NCBI GenBank assembly: GCA_963843795.1
Contig: CAWJLW010000006.1
Coordinates: 3,422,375 to 3,486,374 of the forward strand
Reading direction: 5' to 3'
DNA: 64,000 bases
From: an uncultured bacterium
GTDB lineage: Bacteria; Armatimonadota; Abditibacteriia; Abditibacteriales; Abditibacteriaceae
Shown one piece after another: positions 32,370 to 41,538 of this stretch. Position 1 is the stretch's first letter, and each line of letters begins with the position of its first letter. The notes under the pieces are model-generated. The model made no database searches and was not told the DNA's origin. It saw only the letters and a list, made by a program, of their open reading frames with translations. Made by a program: the position numbers and the translations under genes.

Positions 32370-32768
32370 TTAATAACCGCCGCTGTTGGCGCAGCTTCCG
32401 CAACCACCGGCACCGGCGGGCACGGCTTCGGCATCTTCGCCGTCTTTGGGCGTAAAGCTGGTGCCACAACCGCAGGTACTGGCGGCATTGGGATTGTCGA
32501 TTTTAAAGCCGCCACCCATCAAACTATCAACATAATCTACGTTGGCGCCTTCGATATACATCAGCGAGCGCGGATCAACGATGACGTTCACGCCATTGAC
32601 GGCAAATTCAGTATCGCCTTCCATGGGCGCTTCTTCCAAACTCATGCCATATTGAAATCCCGAGCAACCGCCACCGGCCACGAAAACGCGCAGGCGCGCA
32701 TCGGCTTTGTCTTGTTGTTCCAGCAAACCTTTGATTTGTTCGGCTGCTGCATCTGTCAAGTTAATCAT
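32370..32768 (-). CDS. A-type Fe-S carrier (HesB/IscA/ErpA family)
   Basis: GGGCSGFQY and NPNAASTCGCGTSF. Confidence 0.95.
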   Translation of the reverse strand: MINLTDAAAEQIKGLLEQQDKADARLRVFVAGGGCSGFQYGMSLEEAPMEGDTEFAVNGVNVIVDPRSLMYIEGANVDYVDSLMGGGFKIDNPNAASTCGCGTSFTPKDGEDAEAVPAGAGGCGSCANSGGY

Positions 32769-32913
32769 TCTTATCTCCTTCTGCGCTCCGCTTGCCGAAA
32801 CGCTTTAATTAAATCCAATGCACATTGTAGCACGCTCGCGCACAATTGCCACCGACGACACAACCGCTTAAATCGTTCCCGCAAGTACTTGCAACTGTAT
32901 TGCGCAGCTAGAA

Positions 32914-34107
32914 TTAACCGGCGTTATCGGATTCATTTCCTGCCGCAAGCGCGCGCGTTTCCGGTGATAACTGCCGCAATTCGTGCAACACCTGCGGCAA
33001 CAATTCCACAACCGTCGCCACGTCTTCGCTTGTATTGCCGCGCCCCAGCGAAAAGCGTGTGCCTGCGCGCGCTAAACCGACGGGTCGTCCAATCGCCAGC
33101 AGAACCGGACTCGGATCGAGGCTGCCCGCCGCGCACGCGCTGCCCGTCGAGCAGCATACGCCCGCGCGCGCGTCCAGCTCTAAAATCAAACCTTCGCCTT
33201 CGATACCTTCAAACGAAAAATTGACGATGCCCGGCACGCGTGCCGCGCCTTCGCCATTTAAAAACGCGCCACTGCAAGTACTTGTCACGCCCGCAATGAA
33301 CGCATCGCGCAACTGCTGTACGTGCGCTTCTTCGCCGTTTTTCAACGCTTGCTGCGCTAAAACCGCTGCCGCGCCCATTCCGACAATCGATGGCACATTT
33401 TCGGTTCCGGCACGCCGCCCTTTTTGCTGATGCCCACCTTCGATCAATGCGCCAAAACGCACGCCGCGCCGCACATAAGTCGCGCCCGCACCTTTTGGCC
33501 CATAAAATTTATGTGCCGAACACGTCAGCACATCGACGCCCAATTCGCGCACATTCAACGCCAGATGCCCGACCGTCTGACACGCATCGACATGAAACAA
33601 GATGCCGCGCTCGCGGCAAGTACTTGCCACGCTTTGAATCGGCTGCAGGGTGCCCATTTCATTATTCGCATGCATCAGCGAAGCCAAAATTGTGTCCTCG
33701 CGTAGCGCAGCTGCAAATTCATCGGCATCGATCACACCATTATTTTGCGGATTAACAAAAGTGATTTCAAAACCTTCATCCTGCAAGGTTTGCAGCGGGT
33801 GCATCACCGCATCGTGCTCTAAGGCGCTGGTCACGATGTGTCGACCTTGATCTTTCAAACGAGTAGCAATGTTTTTTAGGGCGTGATTATTGCCTTCGGT
33901 CGCGCCGGAGGTAAAAACGATTTCCGCCGCCCGCGCGCCGAGCAAAGTTGCGACTTGTTCGCGCGCGTTTTCGACGGCGAACTTGGCGATTTTGCCTTCG
34001 TGATGCAAGCTGGACGGGTTGCCGAAATGCGCACCGAGATACGGCAGCATCGCTTCCAAAACTTGAGCGTTGAGCGGCGTGGTAGCGGCGTGATCGAAGT
34101 AAATCAT
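32914..34107 (-). CDS. iscS: Cysteine desulfurase (NifS/IscS family)
   Basis: IYFDHAATTP, FTSGATE, SAHKFYGPKG, STGSAC. Confidence 0.93.
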   Translation of the reverse strand: MIYFDHAATTPLNAQVLEAMLPYLGAHFGNPSSLHHEGKIAKFAVENAREQVATLLGARAAEIVFTSGATEGNNHALKNIATRLKDQGRHIVTSALEHDAVMHPLQTLQDEGFEITFVNPQNNGVIDADEFAAALREDTILASLMHANNEMGTLQPIQSVASTCRERGILFHVDACQTVGHLALNVRELGVDVLTCSAHKFYGPKGAGATYVRRGVRFGALIEGGHQQKGRRAGTENVPSIVGMGAAAVLAQQALKNGEEAHVQQLRDAFIAGVTSTCSGAFLNGEGAARVPGIVNFSFEGIEGEGLILELDARAGVCCSTGSACAAGSLDPSPVLLAIGRPVGLARAGTRFSLGRGNTSEDVATVVELLPQVLHELRQLSPETRALAAGNESDNAG

Positions 34108-34128
34108 GGGTATATTTCGCGCTTTTTG

Positions 34129-34605
34129 TTTCGCGCAGAGACGCAGAGATTTCGCAGAGAGCGCAAAGAGTTTTTAGAATTTGTTGACCAATCGAACGAT
34201 GCCATCTTTCAAAAGCACTTCGTTGAAATTGATGAGCAATCCCAAACGTTTGTCGGTGAGCTTGAGATAAGTCAGCAATTGTTTGGAATGAACGGGTGTC
34301 AGCTTATCGACAGATTTGATTTCGACAATAATCAGGTCTTCCACAACCAGATCGGCACGAAAAGCAGTTTCAAAGGTGAGAGCTTTATAACGAGCCGGAA
34401 TCGCTACTTGAAGCTCCACATTCCAGCCGCGCAAATCCAGTTCGTAAGCCAACGCGCCTTCATACACAGATTCAAGCAAGCCCGGCCCCAGCGCCCCGGT
34501 GAACTTCCAAAGACGCATCAACAATTTGACCAGAAATCTCGTTAATTCTCATTTCTCTCAATTTCCTCTGCGTCCTCTGCGAAATCTCTGCGCCTCTGCG
34601 CGAAA
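34129..34605. mobile_element. Putative GxxExxY cassette bounded by 40-bp inverted repeats
   Basis: 34129..34168 and 34566..34605 are inverted copies (36/40 identical by manual alignment), each built from four CGCAGAG-like units, and enclose only the GxxExxY gene. Mobility is inferred. Confidence 0.6.
34174..34552 (-). pseudogene. GxxExxY family protein (PD-(D/E)XK-like) with a +1 frameshift near 34495
   Basis: ATG 34552 gives MRINEISGQIVDASLEVHR; an extra G in a G4 run precedes ALGPGLLESVYE...RADLVVE..IVEIKS..QLLTYLK..GLLINF. Span is 379 nt (3n+1). Confidence 0.85.
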
Positions 34606-34606
34606 T

Positions 34607-35779
34607 CTAACCGGTTAAATCGGCCATTGTTTTCAACGGTTTGCCTTCGGCAAATTCGCGCGCTTCGACTGAAAGTGTCGCTGCGCGCCGCGCCACATTA
34701 CCCGCAATTTCTTCGTAAATGCGCGCGCCTTCGCTGTCGCGTTCGGTCACGGTAATCGGCAAACCGCTATCGCCGCCGCGCGTGATTTCCATCAAACGCG
34801 GCACTTCGCCCAACAACGGCACATCAAACATCCGGCACGCGCGCAAACCGCCGCCTTCGCCAAACAAATAATGGCGCGTGCCATCGGGCGCTTGAAAATA
34901 ACTCATGTTCTCCACGATGCCCAAAATCGGCACCGGCGTGCCCTGCGCGGCCAATTTCTCAAACATTCGGCCCGCGCGCAATACGTCTTCGGTGGCCACG
35001 GCTTCGGGCGTCGTGACAATCACCGCGCCCGTTAAAGGCGCGCTTTGCACGAGCGTCAGTTGAATATCGCCAGTTCCGGGCGGCAGGTCGATGATGAGAT
35101 AATCCAATTCGCCCCATTCGACCGAACCCAGAAACGTTTGAATCATTTTGCCGACCATCGGGCCGCGCCAGATAATTGGGTCAGTTTTAGCGGTCAGGAA
35201 GCCCACCGACATCAATTTCACGCCATGACGCTCAATCGGATAAATGCGCTGTTTGCCGTTTTCTTCCTCGCCCATCGGCTGCTCGCCTTCGGCCACGCCC
35301 ATCATAATCGGAATCGACGGCCCGTAAATGTCGGCGTCCAACAAGCCAACTTTCGCGCCGCTTTGCGCCAGCGCAATGGCCAGATTCACCGCTGTGGTGC
35401 TTTTGCCGACGCCGCCTTTGCCACTCGCCACCGCGATGGCTTGCTTGATGCCGGGAATGAGGTTGGCGATGGCGGGCATGGTGCGCGTCTGCGCCGTCAT
35501 CTTGACCGCCACGCGCTCGACGCCAGATAGCGCCTGCACCACGTCGCGCGCTTGTTGTTGCATCTGATCTTTGACCGGACACGCGGGCGTCGTCAATTCG
35601 ACATCGAACGCGACGTTGCCGCCACAAACGCGCAGGTTCTTGATAAAGCCCAATTCGACAATCGAGCGGCCTAAATCGGGGTCTTGAATGGCGGAAAGCG
35701 CGGCTAAAATTTCGTCTTTGGACGCAACTCCGCCACTATCGGGCATATCGTGTAAATCTTCGGCAAATTCTTGACTCAT
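34607..35779 (-). CDS. mrp: Mrp/ApbC (NBP35) Fe-S cluster carrier ATPase
   Basis: N-terminal DUF59-like domain (LTTPACP), SGKGGVGKST, DADIYGPS, WRGPM, DLPPGTGD, VENMS. Confidence 0.94.
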   Translation of the reverse strand: MSQEFAEDLHDMPDSGGVASKDEILAALSAIQDPDLGRSIVELGFIKNLRVCGGNVAFDVELTTPACPVKDQMQQQARDVVQALSGVERVAVKMTAQTRTMPAIANLIPGIKQAIAVASGKGGVGKSTTAVNLAIALAQSGAKVGLLDADIYGPSIPIMMGVAEGEQPMGEEENGKQRIYPIERHGVKLMSVGFLTAKTDPIIWRGPMVGKMIQTFLGSVEWGELDYLIIDLPPGTGDIQLTLVQSAPLTGAVIVTTPEAVATEDVLRAGRMFEKLAAQGTPVPILGIVENMSYFQAPDGTRHYLFGEGGGLRACRMFDVPLLGEVPRLMEITRGGDSGLPITVTERDSEGARIYEEIAGNVARRAATLSVEAREFAEGKPLKTMADLTG

Positions 35780-35805
35780 AATAATTTATAGTTTTCAGAC
35801 AAATG

Positions 35806-35915
35806 AACCACAGAGAACACAGAGAATTTTTCAAAGTTGCTTTTTGCGATGCTGTGGATACGCTGCAAGTACTTGCAGCGAAAATTCTCCAAAAATCTCT
35901 ACGAACTCTGTGATT
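35806..35915. repeat. Imperfect inverted repeat of CACAGAG units enclosing a GCAAGTACTTGC palindrome
   Basis: AACCACAGAGAACACAGAGAATTTTT (35806..35831) versus AAAAATCTCTACGAACTCTGTGATT (35891..35915); core at 35865. Confidence 0.6.
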
Positions 35916-35941
35916 ATTTCGATTGTGGTTACTTTCAATTT

Positions 35942-36665
35942 TCAACGCAAACGCAACAAAGGCCGCAGCGACCGCAAGCGTTTGACCTGTTTGATTTCCG
36001 GCGTTTCACCAGAGGGCAAATCGCGTTTTTTGCGCACCAACCACAGCGGCGTCCAGCCGATGCGTTGAGCGGGTTCGACATCTTTGTGCAGATTGTCGCC
36101 AATATAGATGCAATCGTCGCGTTGCAACTGCGGGCGAATCGCACACGCCAATTGCCAGGCGCGCTCGAAAATCTGCGGCGAGGGCTTGGCGCTGCCGACT
36201 TCGGCGCTGCTCAAAACAAACGAAAAGTATTGTTTCAGCCCGACATTTTCCAAAATCTGCGGCAGTTCGTAATCCCAGTTGGAAACCACGCCCATCGCGA
36301 CGCCGCGCTGTTTGAGCTTTTCCAAAACCAACCGCGCTTCGGGAAAGACGCGAAAACGAATCGAATCGCTCAACACTTCGGCACAATTTTCCAACGACAA
36401 GTTGAAATCGCGCTGTTTTTCGCGCAACGCTTCTGCAAGTTACTTGCGCGCACTGTTTTCGTAAATCCAACCAACTTTCGCGGTCGCGTGCCAACATTGA
36501 GCGTTCGATATAAAACGCCATTTCGCGGTGCGCCGCTCGCACGATGTCGTCGCGCGAAAACTCCCAGCCACAACGCGCAAAATTGCGCTGCAAATGACCG
36601 TAAAAGTCGTCCAATTCGACCAAAGTTCCGTAAGCGTCGAAAATCAGAAACGGCGATTTTTTCAT
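35942..36665 (-). pseudogene. HAD-superfamily hydrolase with a +1 frameshift at 36440
   Basis: Motif I (IFDAYGTL) is in ORF 36006..36665; motifs II-IV (VVSNWD, KP, YIGD) are in ORF 35942..36427. Deleting one base in GCAAGTTACTTGC joins them. Confidence 0.85.
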
Positions 36666-37144
36666 GATGTTTCTTCCAGCGAACCAGCGCGCTTTTCGGC
36701 TTCGCTTTTCAGCGCGCTCAGCATATTATCGGCGTTGTCTTGCATCAATTTCTGAATCACTTTCTGCATCAGCGCGCCCAACAGCGGAATGTCGAAACGA
36801 TAATTCACCTGTAAATCAATGCGCGTCTTATCGCCATCTTGCACGAACAAATAATCGCCGCCATATTCGGAAAAATCGCCGCGCAATTGCCAGAAATGGC
36901 AACTGTGATCGTTGATATTCCAAATATCTTCTTCCGTCCAGTTGATATTGCGATTCAATTGCTTGATGCGGCCTTTCCACTCGGAAACTACGCGTGTGTT
37001 GCCGCCACCTTGCTCTTCGCGTGAAGCGACTTTCACGTCTTCCAAGTCGGGCATGATGCGCGGATAATTTTCCACGTCCTGTGCCAACTTCCACACTTCC
37101 TGCAAAGGCGCGTTAATTTCAATATGACTTTCCACTTGTGGCAT
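36662..37144 (-). CDS. SRPBCC/polyketide cyclase-like (START fold) protein
   Basis: VESHIEINAPLQEVW...DVENYPRIMP; C-terminal helix MLSALKSEAEK. Confidence 0.85.
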   Translation of the reverse strand: MPQVESHIEINAPLQEVWKLAQDVENYPRIMPDLEDVKVASREEQGGGNTRVVSEWKGRIKQLNRNINWTEEDIWNINDHSCHFWQLRGDFSEYGGDYLFVQDGDKTRIDLQVNYRFDIPLLGALMQKVIQKLMQDNADNMLSALKSEAEKRAGSLEETS

Positions 37145-37170
37145 AATCTTTTCCTTTTACGCTGTCGTGT

Positions 37171-38472
37171 TTACGCTTCCGGCGCTTCACCATCTGCGCT
37201 TTCGCCATCGAAATCGGCACCGGCATCAATCAATAATTGCGCGGTTTGTGCGACTGACTCTTCAAACGCGGTCGCGGCCCATTCGATTTGCTCATCATTA
37301 ATCATCAGCGGCGGCTCGAAGCGCGTTACGGTCGCATTATTAAACGTATAGGGCACGACCAAAACATCGCGTTGCGCCATTCCGGACAAGACCAAACCGG
37401 TAATATCTTCGTGGCCAAATTCGACGCCGATCATCAGGCCGCGCCCGCGCACATCTTTCACGCACTGCGGATATTTGTTTTGCGTGGCTTTCAAGCGCGC
37501 CATCAATTTTTCGCCCTGCACGCGCGAACTTTCCACCAAGTTTTCCTCTGCAAGTACTTGCAGAGCCGCCAACGCCGCCACGCACGCCAGCGGATTGCCG
37601 CCGAAGGTCGTCGAATGAATCAGCGGGTTTTCCTGCCAGAATTCCCAAACATGAGGCCGCGCCACGACTGCGCCAATTGGCACACACGCACCGCTGAGGG
37701 CTTTGGCCAGCAACAACATATCGGGCACCACGCCCGCATGTTCGCACGCCCACATTTTGCCGGTGCGGCCCAAACCACACTGAACTTCGTCCAGCACTAA
37801 AAGCGCGCCGTGCGTGTCGCATAATTCGCGCGCGCGGCGCAGATATTCATCGCTTGCGACGTGAATGCCGCCTTCGCCTTGCACCGGTTCGACCAAAAAC
37901 GCGGCGACGGTTTCATCAATCGCAGCTTCCAGCGCTTCAATATCGTTGAAGGGAATTAAGGTGCAATCATTAATGAGCGGGGCGAAAGGTTTTTTGTATT
38001 TGTCGCGGCCCGAAACCGAAAGCGCGCCCAGCGTTTTGCCGTGATAAGCGCCTTCGGTGGAGACGAGTTTGGTGCGTCCGGTCGTGATGCGGGCGAATTT
38101 GATGGCGGCTTCGGCGGCTTCGGTGCCGCTGTTGCAGAAAAACGAATATTGCAAATCGCCCGGCGTAATTTCAGCTAACTTTTTCGCTAATGCAGCTTGA
38201 GGTGCGTTGAACAAAACGCGCGACGATTGCGACATTTTTTCCAACTGTTCTTTTACGGCTGCGATGACTTTGGGATGCGAATGTCCGACGCTCATCGTGC
38301 CATAACCGCCCAGACAATCGAGATATTTGCGGTCCGAAGTGTCCCAGACCAAGCAGCCAAGCGCGTGCGATTCGACGCCTTCAAAGCCGATAAATTTCAG
38401 CACTTGAGAAAGGGCGGGATTGACGTAAGTTTCAAAATCTTCGATGACTTGTTGTGAACTGAGTTGATCCAT
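37171..38472 (-). CDS. Class III PLP aminotransferase (putrescine/acetylornithine aminotransferase-like)
   Basis: YLDCLGGYG, NSGTEA, EPVQGEGG, DEVQCGLGRTG, LAKALSG, TFGGNP. Confidence 0.9.
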   Translation of the reverse strand: MDQLSSQQVIEDFETYVNPALSQVLKFIGFEGVESHALGCLVWDTSDRKYLDCLGGYGTMSVGHSHPKVIAAVKEQLEKMSQSSRVLFNAPQAALAKKLAEITPGDLQYSFFCNSGTEAAEAAIKFARITTGRTKLVSTEGAYHGKTLGALSVSGRDKYKKPFAPLINDCTLIPFNDIEALEAAIDETVAAFLVEPVQGEGGIHVASDEYLRRARELCDTHGALLVLDEVQCGLGRTGKMWACEHAGVVPDMLLLAKALSGACVPIGAVVARPHVWEFWQENPLIHSTTFGGNPLACVAALAALQVLAEENLVESSRVQGEKLMARLKATQNKYPQCVKDVRGRGLMIGVEFGHEDITGLVLSGMAQRDVLVVPYTFNNATVTRFEPPLMINDEQIEWAATAFEESVAQTAQLLIDAGADFDGESADGEAPEA

Positions 38473-38537
38473 AGCAATTCCAAAACTCCAGAGAAAATGG
38501 GCGCGTTCAGTGTAGCTAATGTGCGCAGCAGTTCTTC

Positions 38538-38571
38538 AAAAGTGCGCTGCAAGTACTTGCAGCGCACTTTT
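38538..38571. repeat. 34-bp perfect palindrome with GCAAGTACTTGC core between divergent genes
   Basis: AAAAGTGCGCT-GCAAGTACTTGC-AGCGCACTTTT. Confidence 0.85.
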
Positions 38572-38591
38572 CTGGCCCAATAAGGGCAAAG

Positions 38592-38620
38592 TTGTGAATT
38601 ATCGACGCGATTGCTATACT
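38592..38620 (+). promoter_or_regulatory. Sigma70-type promoter for the rpmH operon
   Basis: TTGTGA-N17-TATACT with extended -10 TGn. Confidence 0.6.
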
Positions 38621-38728
38621 GCGCACGCTCGTAATTTTCATTTGTGACCGATGATGGGACAAATAGCGCGGGCACGTTTGGTAAACAAGAAACCGAATAA
38701 AATCGTTGTAGTTATTGAGAGGTAAATT

Positions 38729-38866
38729 ATGAAAAGAACTTATCAGCCCAAGAAACGGCCCCGCAAGCGCAAGCATGGTTTTCGTGCCCGCATGGCGACG
38801 CGCGGCGGACGCAGTATTATCGCGCGCCGGCGCAGTGCCGGCCGCACCAAATTGACGCAGTGCTAA
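38729..38866 (+). CDS. rpmH: 50S ribosomal protein L34
   Basis: Not in the ORF track. [51 protein letters not shown]. Confidence 0.96.
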   Translation: MKRTYQPKKRPRKRKHGFRARMATRGGRSIIARRRSAGRTKLTQC

Positions 38867-39004
38867 AATTGGCTGCGCAACTTTTTAGAATGCCGGTCAA
38901 AGATGCCGCCGTGTTTTAGAGTTCAATCGCCAAACAATTGAACCTTGAACGCGGCGGTTTCGCGTATTTACTCGCTGCATTCTCGAAATTTTCATTTTCA
39001 AATC

Positions 39005-39355
39005 ATGCTACCGCGCGCCCAACGTTTAAGCGTCGCTGAATTTGAGCGCGCTTTCAATCGCAGTCGTTCCACTCGTGGCGCCACTTTAAACATGCGCGTC
39101 CATCGGCGCGACGACGGACGCGAAATCGTGCGCGCAGCGTTTGTCGTGCCCAAAAAATTGGGACGCGCGGCGTGGCGAAACAAGGTGCGTCGGCGCGTGC
39201 GCGAAGCGTATCGACAGTGCAAGTACTTGCACGACGAAAATTGCAAAATGCGCGGTTGCGATTTGATATTTTTTGCCAGTGCAAAGGCCGAAAATGCGCC
39301 GCTGCAAGTACTTGTCACTGAAATAGAGCACTTGTTGCGACGTGCGACCCGATAA
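39005..39355 (+). CDS. rnpA: Ribonuclease P protein component
   Basis: MLPRAQRL, AAFVVPKKLGRAAWRNKVRRRVRE (RNR-like motif); follows rpmH. Confidence 0.92.
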   Translation: MLPRAQRLSVAEFERAFNRSRSTRGATLNMRVHRRDDGREIVRAAFVVPKKLGRAAWRNKVRRRVREAYRQCKYLHDENCKMRGCDLIFFASAKAENAPLQVLVTEIEHLLRRATR

Positions 39356-39386
39356 AATGTGCTGCAAGTACTTGCGGAGACAAACG

Positions 39387-39662
39387 ATGTTAAAGCGGGC
39401 GATGTTGTGGTGTATTCGCGGTTATCAGCGCGTGTTATCGCCGCTGCTACCACCTTCGTGTCGGTTCACGCCGACGTGTTCGCATTATACTTACGAATGC
39501 ATCGAACGCTTTGGGCCGCTGCATGGCGGCTGGCTCGGTTTTAAGCGTCTCTGTCGCTGCCAGCCATTTTGCAAAGGCGGTTTCGATCCCGTTCCTTTGC
39601 CCGAAAATTACGACGCCCAAAACGAATTGCACAAGTTAGACGAAAAGGTTTCCGATGAATGA
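39387..39662 (+). CDS. yidD: Membrane protein insertion efficiency factor YidD
   Basis: YQRVLSP...CRFTPTCSHY...RCQPFCKGGFDPVP. Confidence 0.94.
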   Translation: MLKRAMLWCIRGYQRVLSPLLPPSCRFTPTCSHYTYECIERFGPLHGGWLGFKRLCRCQPFCKGGFDPVPLPENYDAQNELHKLDEKVSDE

Positions 39663-41463
39663 CAAACGCCCGGCATTGGGCGAACAATTGATCCGCTCGC
39701 TGCTCCTCTCTTTTGCGGCGATGTGGGCGATTTCTTACTTTTTCGGTTGGCCCGGCCAGCCCAAGAAAGACGCCGAACAAATCCGCGACACCAAAATTGT
39801 AGAAAGCGCCACGCTGGAAAACGCGTTCGGCGGTTTAGCCCGCGGCCAACTTCCAAGCGCAGATGCGGCCAAAACCGAAATCGGCGAACTCGAAAAAGCT
39901 ATCGCTAAAAACGACAAAGACCCCTATGCGATGTGGGCGCATCTGCGCAGCGCGTTGTTGCAACAATACGTGCTGCACGATTGGCCTGCGGCGACAAAAA
40001 ATTACGACGCCATCATTTCCCACGCCACGCCCGACGCCATCGACGCGCAGGCGATTTTTCAAAAAGGCGACTGGCAATGGTTCAACGCTTCTGACTCGCC
40101 CTTGCGCGATGAAGCTCAGGATGCCGGACAAACCGGCGCATCGAATGCCGGAACTGCGCCCGCGCCTACACGCGCGATTGCCGTTGCGACGTTGGAAACC
40201 TTGATTCATCGCGGACGCGCCGCCTCTGGCTATCTCGACACGCAAATTTACGTGCCCATTTTAGATGCGCGCTCGCCAGATATTGCCGCAGCCAAAGCCA
40301 CTCGCGATGCCACCGGTGGTTTCGAGTTAAAAAAGGTCAACGAACTCAAGGGCACGCTGGAAAACCCGGCTCCACAGGGCATTTTAGATCGCATCAATCT
40401 TTATTACAGCAAAACCTGGCTCAACCAGTTTTTCGATATGCTGGTGCGCGCGATGGGTTCCAAGCCCTCATATTCATATGGTTTAGCGATTATTCTGCTC
40501 GCAATTGTGCTACGCGTGTTGATGCAGCCGATTAACCGCCGCCAATACGAAAGCACGCGCGGTATGGCAATTCTTGGCCCTGAAATGAAAAAAATTCAGG
40601 AAAAGAACAAGCCCAAGCCGTCCGATTCGCCTCAGGTGCAGCGCGAAAAGCAGATGAAGTCGATGACCGAAGTGCGCGAATTGCAAAAAGCGCATGGTGT
40701 TAATCCACAGGTCGGCTGCGCGCTGGCTTTGGTGCAGTTGCCGGTCTTCTTTTTTCTCATCAACCCGCTGATGATGCACTACGAGCCGAAAATGGCTCTC
40801 GTGGGTGCTTCGTTTGGCTGGATTGCCAGTCTGGCGCGCCCCGATTACCCATTATTGGCGTTGTATGGCTTGTCGATGCTGGTTTCGTTTCGTTTATCGG
40901 CGACGCCCGCGACCGACGACATGCAGAAGCAAATGCAGATGATTACGACGTTCGTGATGCCTATCATGCTGCCGTTCTTCATGAAAGGCTTTTCCGCCGC
41001 GTTCATTTTGTATTGGATTTCGTTCAACATCGTGTCGATGATTTTCCAATACCGCATGATGAAGGCGACCGATCCCGAAAAAAGCGTCATTAAAACCCTG
41101 ATGGGGCAATCTTCGATGGTGCCCGCCACCGGTGTGGTCGAAAAAGCCACAGATGCCTTGCCGCCGCGTCCGAAAAATGCCACACGCGACAAAAGTCGGA
41201 GCAGCAGTGGCAGCAAAGTGAAAACTCTGGCGCCAGTAGCAAGCAGTGACCCAGATTTGGGCGACGAAAATTCGAGCAGCAAAACCAGGGAAAAAGTCGA
41301 TGTCGGAAATATCGTGGCTTCCAACGGAGCGCCGCACCACAACGGCAAAAATGGCAACGCCGAAAACGGGATTGCCGAAGACAGCAGCGATGAGACGGCG
41401 AGCAAAACTGGTAAAAATCGCGGCAATTCCGCGCAGCGCGCGCGCCGTCGCCGTCGCTATTAA
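39655..41463 (+). CDS. yidC: Membrane protein insertase YidC
   Basis: YGLAIILLAIVLRVLMQP, PEMKKIQEK, GVNPQVGC, QLPVF, LYW; synteny with yidD and jag. Confidence 0.88.
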   Translation: MNDKRPALGEQLIRSLLLSFAAMWAISYFFGWPGQPKKDAEQIRDTKIVESATLENAFGGLARGQLPSADAAKTEIGELEKAIAKNDKDPYAMWAHLRSALLQQYVLHDWPAATKNYDAIISHATPDAIDAQAIFQKGDWQWFNASDSPLRDEAQDAGQTGASNAGTAPAPTRAIAVATLETLIHRGRAASGYLDTQIYVPILDARSPDIAAAKATRDATGGFELKKVNELKGTLENPAPQGILDRINLYYSKTWLNQFFDMLVRAMGSKPSYSYGLAIILLAIVLRVLMQPINRRQYESTRGMAILGPEMKKIQEKNKPKPSDSPQVQREKQMKSMTEVRELQKAHGVNPQVGCALALVQLPVFFFLINPLMMHYEPKMALVGASFGWIASLARPDYPLLALYGLSMLVSFRLSATPATDDMQKQMQMITTFVMPIMLPFFMKGFSAAFILYWISFNIVSMIFQYRMMKATDPEKSVIKTLMGQSSMVPATGVVEKATDALPPRPKNATRDKSRSSSGSKVKTLAPVASSDPDLGDENSSSKTREKVDVGNIVASNGAPHHNGKNGNAENGIAEDSSDETASKTGKNRGNSAQRARRRRRY

Positions 41464-41538
41464 GCAGCAAACGCCCTGCGAGACTTGGCAAGTACTTGCA
41501 GGGCGTTTGTGGCTTTAAATTCAAGTGAAGGAAATTTT

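Noticed and set aside
38473..38728. oriC upstream of rpmH
   Set aside because: No DnaA-box cluster or dnaA gene; the only perfect TTATCCACA I saw (55931) is inside a CDS.
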